A stretch of DNA of 64,000 nucleotides from Octopus vulgaris (taxonomy: Eukaryota): the NCBI GenBank assembly GCA_951406725.2, contig OX597815.1, forward strand, positions 55,180,001 to 55,244,000. The letters run 5' to 3'. Made by a program: the position numbers and the translations under genes. Below are positions 63,504-64,000 of this stretch, piece by piece; positions within the stretch are counted from its first letter, which is position 1, and every line of letters starts with the position of its first letter. The notes beneath the pieces are model-generated. The model was given only the letters and a program-made list of their open reading frames with translations, made no database searches and had not been told where the DNA came from.

Positions 63504-63579
63504 CCATTTTCTCCATAAATTTTCGCTGGGATTCGATGTCTTCTTTGACTTCCATCTATTTCCCAAGAAATTGCTCCAT
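63504..63579 (-). CDS. FABP-like gene, coding exon 1, with in-frame TAG at the conserved Trp (MEQFLGK*MEVKEDIESQRKFMEKM)
   Basis: F-x-G-K-W N-terminal motif; 76 nt ending in phase 1 at a GTATTA donor, joining exon 2 in frame; TAG at 63558-63556. Confidence 0.8.
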
Positions 63580-64000
63580 AGTTACAATTATTATTTTGTA
63601 TTATAGAGAAACAGAAAAAGTTGCTGGTGTTTGCAAGTTGACAAAGCCGTTTGTCAGAGCGGAAATGGCGTCTCACTGTTAGTTTAACTGCTATTTGTGT
63701 TTTTTTTATTATTATTTTTTGTTGTTGTCGTTGTTTCTTTTTTTATATTTGGTTCTACGCAATGAATTTTTAAAAATTGCGATGGCGATAATAAAATTTT
63801 AGTTGCACGTATGCATACAGTGAATATATAATTTCTCTTTCCCGCCCATCCTCTCTCTCCCCAACTCTTTCTTTCTCTCCTGCGCTTAGCCAGGTTTTGC
63901 CGAAGTTGCAGAGAAGAAAAGAAAAGAACTTTGTTGCTGGCAAATGTTTTTGTTTTAAAAGAAAACGTACTTTGTGTTGTTAAATGTATTTTTGTTGTTT

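Noticed and set aside
63741-63747. TATAAAA (minus strand) as the FABP TATA box
   Set aside because: Plausible position, but indistinguishable from background in such AT-rich DNA without transcription start data

Overview
Animal genomic DNA that is AT-rich, dense in microsatellites and mostly transposon-derived. The repeat repertoire (tRNA SINEs with RTE/CR1-type tails, (GAT)n tails, TA/CA/TACA arrays) looks like octopus or another coleoid cephalopod; this is an inference. One host gene is recognisable: a four-exon fatty-acid-binding-protein (FABP/iLBP) gene on the minus strand, spanning 63579 to 39965, with canonical intron phases 1/0/0 and GT-AG splice sites. Its invariant G-x-W tryptophan codon is TAG in the genome, and exon 3 carries two mutually compensating homopolymer frameshifts. 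It is therefore either a young pseudogene or assembly error, or a gene rescued by A-to-I editing (UAG to UIG). The rest is nested mobile DNA: a near-intact Gypsy flanked by an anomalous 95-bp duplication, two defective mariner copies (one beside an excision-footprint motif), several Helitrons, Tx1, RTE, CR1-group and RLE-class LINEs, and hAT and Merlin remnants. There are also many Penelope-derived inverted repeats with minimal hammerhead ribozymes, including a retrozyme-like ~353-nt unit whose hammerhead has a compensatory U3-A8 core.
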